DNA of 64,000 nucleotides, taken from Bryobacteraceae bacterium. Its GTDB lineage: Bacteria > Acidobacteriota > Terriglobia > Bryobacterales > Bryobacteraceae. Below are positions 1-8,462 of this stretch, piece by piece. The notes under the pieces were generated by a model. That model searched no databases. It saw nothing but the letters and a program-made list of their open reading frames with translations, and was not told where the DNA came from. The translations under genes were made by a program, and so were the position numbers. The DNA is taken from contig JBGPLI010000002.1 of assembly GCA_041486445.1 (NCBI GenBank), forward strand, positions 9,066 to 73,065, read 5' to 3'. Each line of letters starts with the position of its first letter. The first letter of the stretch is position 1.

Positions 1-13
1 ATACAATCGGGAA

Positions 14-1063
14 TTGACGCCATTTTTGGAAGACGCAGCCCGCTGGTTCCTCAGCTCGGGGATTCAGGAGTCAGACGGCGGCGTGGCTCGCTATTATCGC
101 TCCGAACCCGGAGAGAACGCCCCGGTCTCGAACGAGATTACCGGCTACGCGGTGAGCACGTTGATATACCTGCACCGGCTCTCCGGGGTTTCCGAATATC
201 TCGATGCCGCCCTGCGCGCGGCGCGCTTTCTGACGCAGCGTGCCTGGAGCCGTGAAAGCGGCACGTTCCCGTTCGAGCCCGGGTCCTCGCACGCGTATTT
301 CTTCGACACCGGGATCATCGTGCGCGGCCTTCTTGCCGCCTGGCGAGCGACGGGCGAGGAAGAATTTCGTTCCCGAGCGCACGAGGCCGCGCTCTCGCTG
401 GCATTCGATTTTCTCGGCGAGGGCGTTTTTCATCCGGTGATCACGCTGCCCGACAAGCAACCGCTTCCGCCTGAGCCGCGGTGGTCGCGTCTTCCAGGAT
501 GCTACCAGTTGAAGGCGGCGCTGGCGTGGCGCGATCTGGGCGATCCGGACGCCGCGCGATTGTTCGAGTGCGCGCTCGCCGGCGCACTGGCTACGCATGA
601 ATCCTTCCTCGCCGGCGAAACCGGCCCCGATAAAGTGATGGACCGTCTGCATCCGTACTGTTATTTTCTGGAAGCGCTGCTGGCGGTGGCGGATCGGGAG
701 GAGCCCCGCCGCGCTCTGGTCTTGGGGATGGAACGCACCGGCGCGCTTCTGCGCGAAATCGCTCCGAGGTTCGAGCGCTCTGATGTTTGCGGGCAACTGC
801 TCCGCGTCCGGCTGATCGCCCATCACCTGGGCGCCGCGCCGCTGGATGAAGCGGCGGCCTGCGAAGAGGCGGATCGCGCCGCCTCGTATCAGGCAGCGTC
901 AGGGGACCCGCGCATTCATGGAGGTTTCTGGTTCGGCCAAAGAAGCGGCGAGAAGCTGGCGTTTGTGAATCCTGTCTCGACCGCGTTTTGCATGCAGGCG
1001 CTCGCGTTGTGGCACGAGCATCGGGCGGGGAAGTGGAGCTTCGCGCTTCATGAACTGATCTGA
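14..1063 (+). CDS. Hypothetical protein, possibly alpha/alpha-toroid (terpenoid cyclase/prenyltransferase-like). The frame is open back to position 2, so the true 5' end may lie outside the window.
   Basis: 349-aa ORF with host-like GC-rich third codon positions. Helical-repeat sequence with a squalene-cyclase-like Q-x2-DGG motif (IQESDGGVARYY). No stronger family match recognised by eye. Confidence 0.45.
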   Translation: MTPFLEDAARWFLSSGIQESDGGVARYYRSEPGENAPVSNEITGYAVSTLIYLHRLSGVSEYLDAALRAARFLTQRAWSRESGTFPFEPGSSHAYFFDTGIIVRGLLAAWRATGEEEFRSRAHEAALSLAFDFLGEGVFHPVITLPDKQPLPPEPRWSRLPGCYQLKAALAWRDLGDPDAARLFECALAGALATHESFLAGETGPDKVMDRLHPYCYFLEALLAVADREEPRRALVLGMERTGALLREIAPRFERSDVCGQLLRVRLIAHHLGAAPLDEAAACEEADRAASYQAASGDPRIHGGFWFGQRSGEKLAFVNPVSTAFCMQALALWHEHRAGKWSFALHELI

Positions 1064-1986
1064 ATGCGCACTTCTCCCTTCCCCCACACCGTTTGCCTTC
1101 CCACCCCCGTCCACTGCGCGACATGAAGGTAGGGGATGAACTCGGTCACATCGCCATCATATTCCGCCTCGCCCACAAACCCGCCGATGGAATGCACCTG
1201 CGTAGTCCGGCTGCTGCGGCGCGCCACGTCCACCTGCGCCAGTTCGCACCGTGTCAGGTGGACTCGCGCGGCGCGCTCGCCGAAGCCGCGGAAGTCGATC
1301 GCCAGCGGACCTTCGTCATACAGCTCACGCAGCGTGCTCAGGCGGTCGCGGATGCGCGAAGCCAAAATGCCGAATTCGGGCCGCGCGGCTTTTTGCTGAC
1401 CGCTCTTCAATTCCGTGGGCGTGAGAAAGCGAACGATCACGCGCTCGATGCGCTCGTCCGGCGGATCGAGAGACAGCACCAGAGGTTCCGGGTTGTCTTG
1501 AAGCACTTGGCCACGGTGTGAAACATTCACCAGTTCCGCCCGCCCTCGCCCCGGCCCCAGTCCCTCGCGACCCAGTTCGGCGAACGCCTGCACCAGGTAC
1601 GCGATCGCCGGATGGCTCATGTCGAACAGGTTCAGATCGAAATAGAAGGATGCTCCCGCGGAGATCGTGCAACCATCCAGGTGCGTCGCCCGGAACACAA
1701 ATGGACGCGGCCAATCCGACAATCCGCTCGGCCCGCCGGCGATGGCGGTGGGCTCAAACATGCGAGCGTAGGGACAAGACGCCCGCTGTTCGCAGTATCT
1801 CGCCCCTGAACATTGCCGCGGGCACGCGAGTTTGCGAAGAATGATCCCGAACGCACCCCTCAAAATGTTGGCCGATTTTCCCGGAGGGAAGTACAAAGAA
1901 TCCCGCGCGATGAAGGAAAATCGCAGCGGGTGGAGCCTAAAGTTTGCGGGCGAAGATCGCGTAATCGAGCCCCCCGAAAAACGCAT
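1048..1986 (-). CDS. Cas6-like RAMP superfamily protein (orphan, no CRISPR context)
   Basis: N-terminal strand plus LRGAFG motif. Cys cluster C-x3-C-x5-C-x5-C (CPRQCSGARYCEQRASC). C-terminal glycine-rich RAMP loop GVGRQTVWGKG preceded by IGGFVGEAEY. ATG at 1986 overlaps the upstream methyltransferase gene by 50 nt; an alternative GTG lies at 2061. Confidence 0.6.
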   Translation of the reverse strand: MRFSGGSITRSSPANFRLHPLRFSFIARDSLYFPPGKSANILRGAFGIILRKLACPRQCSGARYCEQRASCPYARMFEPTAIAGGPSGLSDWPRPFVFRATHLDGCTISAGASFYFDLNLFDMSHPAIAYLVQAFAELGREGLGPGRGRAELVNVSHRGQVLQDNPEPLVLSLDPPDERIERVIVRFLTPTELKSGQQKAARPEFGILASRIRDRLSTLRELYDEGPLAIDFRGFGERAARVHLTRCELAQVDVARRSSRTTQVHSIGGFVGEAEYDGDVTEFIPYLHVAQWTGVGRQTVWGKGEVRIQISS

Positions 1987-3361
1987 CGCGCACGGCCGCG
2001 GGCAACTCGGCGAGCGCGGGCATCGAGTCCACAGCCGGGGCCAGGCGCTCCACCTCGACACCGCCGAAGCCCGCTTCTTCGAGACAAAAGCGGAGCAACG
2101 CGGCCGGAACCGGACGCGTGTGGGTCGGGTCCAGATAAAAATGCGTGGCGAAAATCGCCAGGCATTCCGGATTCGGTGTTTCGATCGCGACCAGGGCGCC
2201 GCCGCGCACCTTTCTTGCGATCAGCCGAACCAGGTCGGGCAAGCGGGCCGGATCGAGATGTTCCACGACCTGCGAGCAGTACACGCCGCCTAGCGAGGCA
2301 TCCGGCAGCGCGCTCAGATACTCGAACATGTCCGCCCTGGCGGCGTCGAGCCCCTTCAAGCGGCACAGGGCGATGCATTCCTCGCTCTGGTCGATCCCGC
2401 GTGCGGCCAGTCCCGCTTCACGCGCCACTTGCAGGAACTCCCCGCGCCCGCAACCCACATCCAGGATCTCTCCGACAGAGCCGGCGAACCGTGCCACGTA
2501 TTTCCTCTGGTGCTCTCGAATGCGTTCCTCGGAGCCGCGGAAATTCTCGGCGAACCGCATCCAGTCGATGGCGATGCGAGCCGCCGGCGCCGCGATGGGC
2601 GCGTGCTCCACGACGCGCTCCGCGGGCGTCCGCTGCCGGATCAGCCGCAGCTCGGTGTGGATCAACTTCTCGTACTCGGCACGAATCCGCTGAAGATCGT
2701 TCCATAGCCGCTGCTGGACCTCGATCGTGTTTCGATCGAGCGCAGCGGTGAACTCGCCATGCTGTTGCCGGAGCGACTCACGGAAATTCTGGTCGATGAC
2801 CGTGACCCGGTGCTGGAAGGATCCTTGCAACTCGGAGATCGTACGCAGCATATGAATCTCCGCGGCGGACCGGCGTTCTTCGAATCCGGCGCGCCACTCG
2901 GCCCAATGCGTACGCAGGTCTCTCATCTCCTGCGCTTCCCGGTGGAGGAGGGCCATCTCGTCGCGGAGCTGCTGATGCAGAGCGCTGGTTTGCGCTTCCT
3001 GCGCCATCATGCGTGCCGCGAGTCCGGCCAGGGACCGGTTGGCGTCCTCCAGCGCTTCGAGCGAGGCCTGCACGCAGCGCATCAGGGCGCGATTGAACTC
3101 CACCTGTTCCCGCACATGCCAGTCGAGCGCCCGCGCGATGGTCTTCTTCACCCGCTGGATGATCGAGTTCTTGAGCCCCGGCGCCCGCGGATTCACGGTT
3201 CCGATGGCGGCCACCTTGGCCTCCGCGGCGTCGCGCGCATGCAGCAACGGCATCAGATCGGCGGCCGGAATTCCATTCCCACTGAGCGCTCCCTCGGGAT
3301 GACGCGCCCGCAAGCGTTCCCGCACGTCGCGAATGGCCGCCGTCAATTCGTCATCTCGCAC
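1937..3361 (-). CDS. Class I SAM-dependent methyltransferase with a long N-terminal coiled-coil region
   Basis: C-terminal half carries motif I ILDVGCGRGEF and a typical Methyltransf_11/23-like core (VYCSQVVEHL, GGALVAIETPN). The first ~250 residues are heptad-like and rich in E/R/L/Q. Confidence 0.8.
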   Translation of the reverse strand: MRDDELTAAIRDVRERLRARHPEGALSGNGIPAADLMPLLHARDAAEAKVAAIGTVNPRAPGLKNSIIQRVKKTIARALDWHVREQVEFNRALMRCVQASLEALEDANRSLAGLAARMMAQEAQTSALHQQLRDEMALLHREAQEMRDLRTHWAEWRAGFEERRSAAEIHMLRTISELQGSFQHRVTVIDQNFRESLRQQHGEFTAALDRNTIEVQQRLWNDLQRIRAEYEKLIHTELRLIRQRTPAERVVEHAPIAAPAARIAIDWMRFAENFRGSEERIREHQRKYVARFAGSVGEILDVGCGRGEFLQVAREAGLAARGIDQSEECIALCRLKGLDAARADMFEYLSALPDASLGGVYCSQVVEHLDPARLPDLVRLIARKVRGGALVAIETPNPECLAIFATHFYLDPTHTRPVPAALLRFCLEEAGFGGVEVERLAPAVDSMPALAELPAAVRDAFFGGLDYAIFARKL

Positions 3362-3755
3362 GTTTGGAGCTCCTGGTCCAGCTCGCCGTAATCTTGGTGT
3401 GGACGCCGCCGCGAGGCGTGAACTCGCCGGCCAGCGTCGCCGAAACCGGGCGCGCCGCTTTCACAACGTCCGCCAGCATCCGGTTGACGACGTTCTCTTG
3501 AAAAATGCCGAGGCTGCGATAGGCCAGCGTGTACATCTTGAGCGACTTCAACTCCAGGCAGTGCTTGTCGGGCACATAGCGCAATGTCAGCGTTCCGTGA
3601 TCCGGCAGCCCCGTGCGCGGGCAAACCGAGGTGAACTCGGGCATCACGATCTCGATCTCATAACCGGTCGCGTACTGATTCGGCCAGGTCTCGATCTCGG
3701 GCAGTTCATCGCGCACCCCCGCCTCGGCGTGTTCGTCGGTGTAGACGCGCTTCAC
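3351..3755 (-). CDS. queF: NADPH-dependent 7-cyano-7-deazaguanine (preQ0) reductase QueF, unimodular type
   Basis: 134 aa from GTG at 3755. Catalytic Cys context FTSVCPRTGLPD and QueF motif ELKSLKMY. The GTG overlaps the stop of the upstream gene (GTGA). Confidence 0.85.
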   Translation of the reverse strand: MKRVYTDEHAEAGVRDELPEIETWPNQYATGYEIEIVMPEFTSVCPRTGLPDHGTLTLRYVPDKHCLELKSLKMYTLAYRSLGIFQENVVNRMLADVVKAARPVSATLAGEFTPRGGVHTKITASWTRSSKRAR

Positions 3756-4993
3756 GCGGCCCCCCCCAGATTCCGCGCCAGCAGATCCAGGAACAAGCCG
3801 ACATCTGCCACTACGCCGACGGCCTGGCCCGTGCCGCGGTCGCTGACCTTGGTCACCACGGCGGGGTGGATGTCGACGCAAACGATCTTCACCCAGCTCG
3901 GAAGCATGTTTCCGACGGCGATCGAGTGCAGCATGGAGCCGAGGCACAGCACCAGCCCGGCGCCTTTCACCTGCTCGGCATAGGCGTCCTGCGCGCGGTT
4001 CATGTCGGTGATGGTATCGGGCAGCGGACCGTCGTCGCGGAGGCTCCCGGCGAGCACGAACGGCACGCCCGCCCTCACGCACTCATACATCACGCCGCGC
4101 CGCAGGCAGCCGCTTTCGACCGCCTTGGCGATGCCGCCCGCGTGATAGATGGCGTTGATGGCGCGCATGTGGTTGCGGTGGCCGTGTTCCTCCTGGCGGC
4201 CGTCGCTCAGGCGCACGCCCAGCGAGGTTCCCAGCAGCGCCGCCTCGATGTCGTGAACGCCAAGGGCATTGCCGGCCAGCAGCGCCTGCACCCATCCGCC
4301 GCGAATCAGCGCGGCCAGCGGCCCGGCGCCGCCCGTGTGGACCACCACGGGTCCGCTCACCACCACGATGTTCTGGCCGGCCTCGCGCGTCTGGCGCATC
4401 AGGTTGGCCGTCTGGCGGACCGCCGTCTCCACCTGCCGCTCCGAGGAAATCCCGTTGCTCATGAAGGCGAACGCCAGCCGGTCGCGCTCTTTCGATTCGG
4501 GCGTCACGCGGATACCGCGCATGCCGACCACGACTTGATCGCCGTGGCGGAGATCGCGCAAACGACGGCAGGTGGCGCGGCCGTCGCCGGCCACGATCGT
4601 CGCGTCCATGCGCTGGTTTTCGACGTCCAGCCACAGGCCCTGGTGGCGCACCTGTGTGCGATGGTTGGTGGTGGAATAGAAATCGTCCGGCGCGCAGCAA
4701 TCGCGCTCCACTTGGGCCAGTTGCGCGTCGCCGGTGTCAATCGGCGAGCAGCCCAGACCCAGGAGCTGTCCGAGCAACTGCTGCATGTCGGAGGACTGCT
4801 GCGTCTCGATCTTCAGGCGCAGGTAGGAGCCGTCCGCGTTGGTGCGCCCGATCCGGAACTCTTCCACTTCAAAGCGGCCGTTGTACTCGACCACCGTGTC
4901 GAAGATCTGCTCCATCAGGTGCGAATCGATCAGGTGGCCCTGGGCCTCGACGACTTCCTGTTGCATCGGTATTTTCAGGATACCGTGTGTCAC
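3752..4993 (-). CDS. TIGR00300-family protein with LOR/SDH-type N-terminal domain (ornithine cyclodeaminase/ArgZ C-terminal-like)
   Basis: N-terminus VEAQGHLIDSHLMEQIFDTVVEYNGRFEVEEF matches the conserved GHLIDS start of this family. About 410 aa, the typical length. Confidence 0.65.
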   Translation of the reverse strand: MTHGILKIPMQQEVVEAQGHLIDSHLMEQIFDTVVEYNGRFEVEEFRIGRTNADGSYLRLKIETQQSSDMQQLLGQLLGLGCSPIDTGDAQLAQVERDCCAPDDFYSTTNHRTQVRHQGLWLDVENQRMDATIVAGDGRATCRRLRDLRHGDQVVVGMRGIRVTPESKERDRLAFAFMSNGISSERQVETAVRQTANLMRQTREAGQNIVVVSGPVVVHTGGAGPLAALIRGGWVQALLAGNALGVHDIEAALLGTSLGVRLSDGRQEEHGHRNHMRAINAIYHAGGIAKAVESGCLRRGVMYECVRAGVPFVLAGSLRDDGPLPDTITDMNRAQDAYAEQVKGAGLVLCLGSMLHSIAVGNMLPSWVKIVCVDIHPAVVTKVSDRGTGQAVGVVADVGLFLDLLARNLGGAA

Positions 4994-5041
4994 CTGCCGG
5001 CAGAACGTGCATAATTTGCCGGTAAAGCTTCCTCAGTAACC

Positions 5042-5398
5042 TTAGGCGACACGTGCGTGGAACGCCTTAGACTGAAGGTTGCCGCACAGGGCCAGCAGGT
5101 GTTTTGGCGTGAACCACTGTTCGGACCAGCGCGACTCCTGGTAGAGCCGCACATCGACCAGGAAGCCCAGCGACTTCTCGTGCCGGCAGGATCGGACAAA
5201 CCCCTTAAGATCATGACCTTCGCAAGCGATACGTACCTTGGTTCGGCGAGCAATGGGAGTCTCGGCGAGTACAAGAGCGCTCCATTCTCCGATCTCTTCG
5301 AGATTGCCCGACAATGTGGTGGTTCGTCCGTTCTTGGCGCAGACCAGGGAAACAAGCTCAGAGCACAAATGGCGATGAGTGGGAGTTTGGTAAGGCAT
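5042..5398 (-). CDS. Hypothetical small protein (possibly PilZ-like beta-barrel)
   Basis: 118-aa ORF in a gap between real genes with consistent coding bias. No diagnostic motif recognised. Confidence 0.4.
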   Translation of the reverse strand: MPYQTPTHRHLCSELVSLVCAKNGRTTTLSGNLEEIGEWSALVLAETPIARRTKVRIACEGHDLKGFVRSCRHEKSLGFLVDVRLYQESRWSEQWFTPKHLLALCGNLQSKAFHARVA

Positions 5399-5434
5399 GC
5401 GCCCTAAGGTGCAAGTACTATTCCATACTGCGTA

Positions 5435-6148
5435 CTACGTTGTTTTCAGCAGCACGACCGTGATGTTGTCCGGCCCGCCTTCGGATCTCGCCGCGGCGAT
5501 CAACTGCCGGCATTTGCTTTCGAGGGTCCCCTTGGAAGAAAGAATGCTGAGCAGATCGGATTCGCGCGCCACGCCGTGCAGGCCGTCGCTGCACAGCAGA
5601 AAGTACGTTCCGGGCGACGGGCGCACCAGATACGTGTGGACGCGCAGGTTCTCGGAAACGCCGATCGCCATGGTCAGCACGTGACGCATGGGATGCACCT
5701 TCAAATTTACCTCGTCCAGACCGAGCCGCCGGCCCACTTCATTCACCCATGTCTGGTCCTCGGTCACGGCGACCAGTTTGCCGTCCTCGCAGAGGTAGAC
5801 GCGGCTGTCGCCGACGCTGGCGATCAGGAGATCGGCGCCCACTTCCACCGCCGCCACCAACGTCGTGCCCATGCCCTCCATGCTGGGGTCGGCCGCGGCA
5901 GCTTCCATCACACGCAGGTTGGCCTGCGCGAAGGCCTGCACCAGCTTGTCGGCGTCGATGGGAGTGCCGGCGGCGGCGATACAATCGCGCACCGTCTCCA
6001 CGGCGAGCTTGGAGGCGTGCTCGCCGGCTTGCGCGCCGCCCATGCCGTCGGCCACTACGTACAGGCCAAGCGAGGGGGACAGCAGGTAGTAATCTTCATT
6101 GTTGCCGCGGACGCAACCAGGGTCCGAAGCTCCGAAGGCCTCGATCAT
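5435..6148 (-). CDS. PP2C-family Ser/Thr protein phosphatase
   Basis: Starts at MIEAFGASDPGCVRGNNEDY (ATG at 6148). Motifs VADGMGG, LLCSDGL and GGPDNITVVLL. The longer ORF in the track would overlap the upstream gene. Confidence 0.85.
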   Translation of the reverse strand: MIEAFGASDPGCVRGNNEDYYLLSPSLGLYVVADGMGGAQAGEHASKLAVETVRDCIAAAGTPIDADKLVQAFAQANLRVMEAAAADPSMEGMGTTLVAAVEVGADLLIASVGDSRVYLCEDGKLVAVTEDQTWVNEVGRRLGLDEVNLKVHPMRHVLTMAIGVSENLRVHTYLVRPSPGTYFLLCSDGLHGVARESDLLSILSSKGTLESKCRQLIAAARSEGGPDNITVVLLKTT

Positions 6149-6204
6149 GAGCTTTTCGATTATACCCGGTTCGGGCCCCGGCTCCCGCGGGCGGAACTTC
6201 GCGT

Positions 6205-7422
6205 TCAAGGTTTGGCCGGCTCGAGAATGGCTTTCAACTGCCAGTAGGCGCGCTCGTCGTAATTGGTTTTCAATCGTTCCAGCCCCTGCGTCCGCGCGTC
6301 GGCGGCCCGCGCATCGGCCGTGCGCGCGGCTTGCTTCTTCAGGCATCGTCCCAGCATCAGCGTCGCCGTCTCATCTTCCGGTTCCCGTTCGAGCACGGCG
6401 CGGAAGCGGTCGGCAGCCTCGGCGAACTCACCCTTCTTCCACAGTGCGTATCCGAGGTTGAAGTGGTAGACAGGGTCGTTGGCATCGCCTTCAACAGCTT
6501 TGCGAAAGCTCTCGATCGCCTGCGGCAGGTTGCGGCGGCTCTCGGCGGCTCCGAGGTTGTTGTAGACCTCGCTGAGCGGCACCGTCTCGGCGATCATCTG
6601 GAAGGCTTTCTGCGCGCCCGGATAGTCTCCCGCCTGAAAGCGGGCCAGGCCGAGCAGAAAATTGGCTTCGCGATAGTGGAAATCGTCGGGGCCCACCTTT
6701 TCCAGCCATTCGCTGGCGAGCCGGTAGTTCTTGCGATCATAGTGAATCCGGCCGAGCTGGAAGCAGGGATGGGCAAAGCGCGGGTCGAGACGAGCCGCCT
6801 GGTTGAAATACTGTTCCTTCAGCTCCGGCGTGCGCGCCAGCAGGCCGCGCACGTAGTTTTCCTCGGCATCCAGGCGGATGGGAGCGCGGAGGGTGCGGAA
6901 ATCGGACTCCGGTGGAGCGAGCTGGGGAGCCAACAGAGTGAGCGCCCGCCAGGCCAAATGCGCTTCCAGCGCCGCCAGGTCTTCCAGCGCGCCCGTCTCC
7001 ACGAATTCCGGGCCCTGCCGCAGACGGCGCCGGTCCACGATCCGGGCCGTGAGCTTGAGCGACCCGCGGCCTGCGGGCCCCGGCGAGGCCGCAGGCGTGA
7101 AATCGAACGCGCCGTAGACCACCTGCTCAGCGTCCAGCGTTTCTCCGATCTTCATCACCGAGGCTTCGGATAAGCTGCCGCGCTCTCGCAATCCGAGCCG
7201 GCGATAGGCCTCCTGCGTCTCCTCGTGGTCGAGCGTCGCCATGCCTCGCCAGGCCAGCGCCTCGCGAAGGTTTTCGGCGACGCTTTCTCCAATCCAATCC
7301 AGGTTGGCTTGCGGCGTTACGCTCGCGGGGGCGCGGTTGAAAAAAGGAAGAACCGCGGCCGTCTCCGCGTGCCCCGGAAGCCCGGCGAGCACGGCCATGC
7401 CCAGGATCCAGCAGCACCGCAC
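6205..7422 (-). CDS. Exported TPR-repeat protein
   Basis: Signal peptide MRCCWILGMAVLAGLPGHA, followed by several TPR-like A/Y/G-patterned repeats (NYRLASEWLEK, GDYPGAQKAF, YHFNLGYALWKKGEFAEA). Confidence 0.75.
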   Translation of the reverse strand: MRCCWILGMAVLAGLPGHAETAAVLPFFNRAPASVTPQANLDWIGESVAENLREALAWRGMATLDHEETQEAYRRLGLRERGSLSEASVMKIGETLDAEQVVYGAFDFTPAASPGPAGRGSLKLTARIVDRRRLRQGPEFVETGALEDLAALEAHLAWRALTLLAPQLAPPESDFRTLRAPIRLDAEENYVRGLLARTPELKEQYFNQAARLDPRFAHPCFQLGRIHYDRKNYRLASEWLEKVGPDDFHYREANFLLGLARFQAGDYPGAQKAFQMIAETVPLSEVYNNLGAAESRRNLPQAIESFRKAVEGDANDPVYHFNLGYALWKKGEFAEAADRFRAVLEREPEDETATLMLGRCLKKQAARTADARAADARTQGLERLKTNYDERAYWQLKAILEPAKP

Positions 7423-7426
7423 GTTC

Positions 7427-8362
7427 TTAGTCTACTAAGCCAGGAGTCACGATTTCTGTGCATTTCTCGATTACAGCGGGCTCGTGACCGAATCCGTACA
7501 GCCACTGCACCTTCGGATCGCGCCGGAACCACGTCAACTGGCGCTTGGCGTATTGCCGCGTCTCGATCTGGGTGGAGACAATCGCCTGGTCGAGCGTGAT
7601 CGCGCCACGTAGGTGCTGGAGCGCCTGTTTGTAGCCGAGCGACTCGAACGGCTTCTCCGCGCCCGTGCAGCCGCGAGCGAGCAAACCCGCTACTTCATCA
7701 ATCAATCCGGACTCGAACATCGAGCGCGTCCGGTGGTCGATCGCCCGGCGGAGTTCGGCGCGATCCGGGTCGAGTCCGATGGTGACGACGCTGTAGCCGC
7801 GCAGCGGTTCGGCGGCGGCCGGCGCGGGCAGGGGGACGCGCGTGAGGAGCCGCACTTCGAGAGCCCGGATGGTTTTCTGGACATCGCGAGCGTGAATGCG
7901 GGCCGCGGCGGCCGGTTCAAGCCGCGCCAGCAAGCCGTGGATGCTGCCCGGACGTTTCGTCTCGCGTCCCATCAGGCGGGCGCGCAGCGCCGGATCGCGA
8001 GCCGGCAGGACGGGCAGTCCCTCCAGCAGCGCGCGCAGGTAGAATCCCGTGCCGCCCACAATTACGGGAAGACGCCGGCGTCCGGCAATCCCGGCAATCG
8101 TGTCGCGGGCGAGGCGCACATATTCGCCCGCGGAGTAACTCTGCCGGGGCTCCAGCACGTCGAAGAGGTGATGAGGAATGCCGCGGCGGTCCGCAACGGG
8201 CGTCTTAGCGGCGCCCAGGTCGAACCCCCGGTAGAGCTGGAGGGAATCGCAGTTGACAATTTCACCCGCGAATGTTTCGGCCACGGCCAGGGCCAGCGCG
8301 CTCTTCCCCGATCCGGTCGGACCGGCGATGGCCACCAGCGGCCGGTTCACGTCCGGCTCCAT
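7427..8362 (-). CDS. miaA: tRNA dimethylallyltransferase
   Basis: P-loop IAGPTGSGKSALALAVA and NCDSLQLYRGFDLGAAKTP. Full-length similarity to MiaA recognised by eye. Confidence 0.9.
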   Translation of the reverse strand: MEPDVNRPLVAIAGPTGSGKSALALAVAETFAGEIVNCDSLQLYRGFDLGAAKTPVADRRGIPHHLFDVLEPRQSYSAGEYVRLARDTIAGIAGRRRLPVIVGGTGFYLRALLEGLPVLPARDPALRARLMGRETKRPGSIHGLLARLEPAAAARIHARDVQKTIRALEVRLLTRVPLPAPAAAEPLRGYSVVTIGLDPDRAELRRAIDHRTRSMFESGLIDEVAGLLARGCTGAEKPFESLGYKQALQHLRGAITLDQAIVSTQIETRQYAKRQLTWFRRDPKVQWLYGFGHEPAVIEKCTEIVTPGLVD

Positions 8363-8462
8363 ATTTCGCTATCGTACCCCGCGCGGCCAGGCAAGCCGGT
8401 ATACTAATGATGGGAAACGCCAGCGCGAGTTTCAGGCGCGGAAAGAAGGCGAGAGGCAAACG

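Noticed and set aside
3755-3800. Looked for a preQ1 riboswitch upstream of queF
   Set aside because: The queF start overlaps the stop of the preceding gene, so there is no leader in which a riboswitch could sit.
5576-6247. 223-aa plus-strand ORF opposite the PP2C phosphatase, with several nested ORFs
   Set aside because: These are antisense or alternative-frame artefacts. The minus-strand frame carries all the PP2C motifs.
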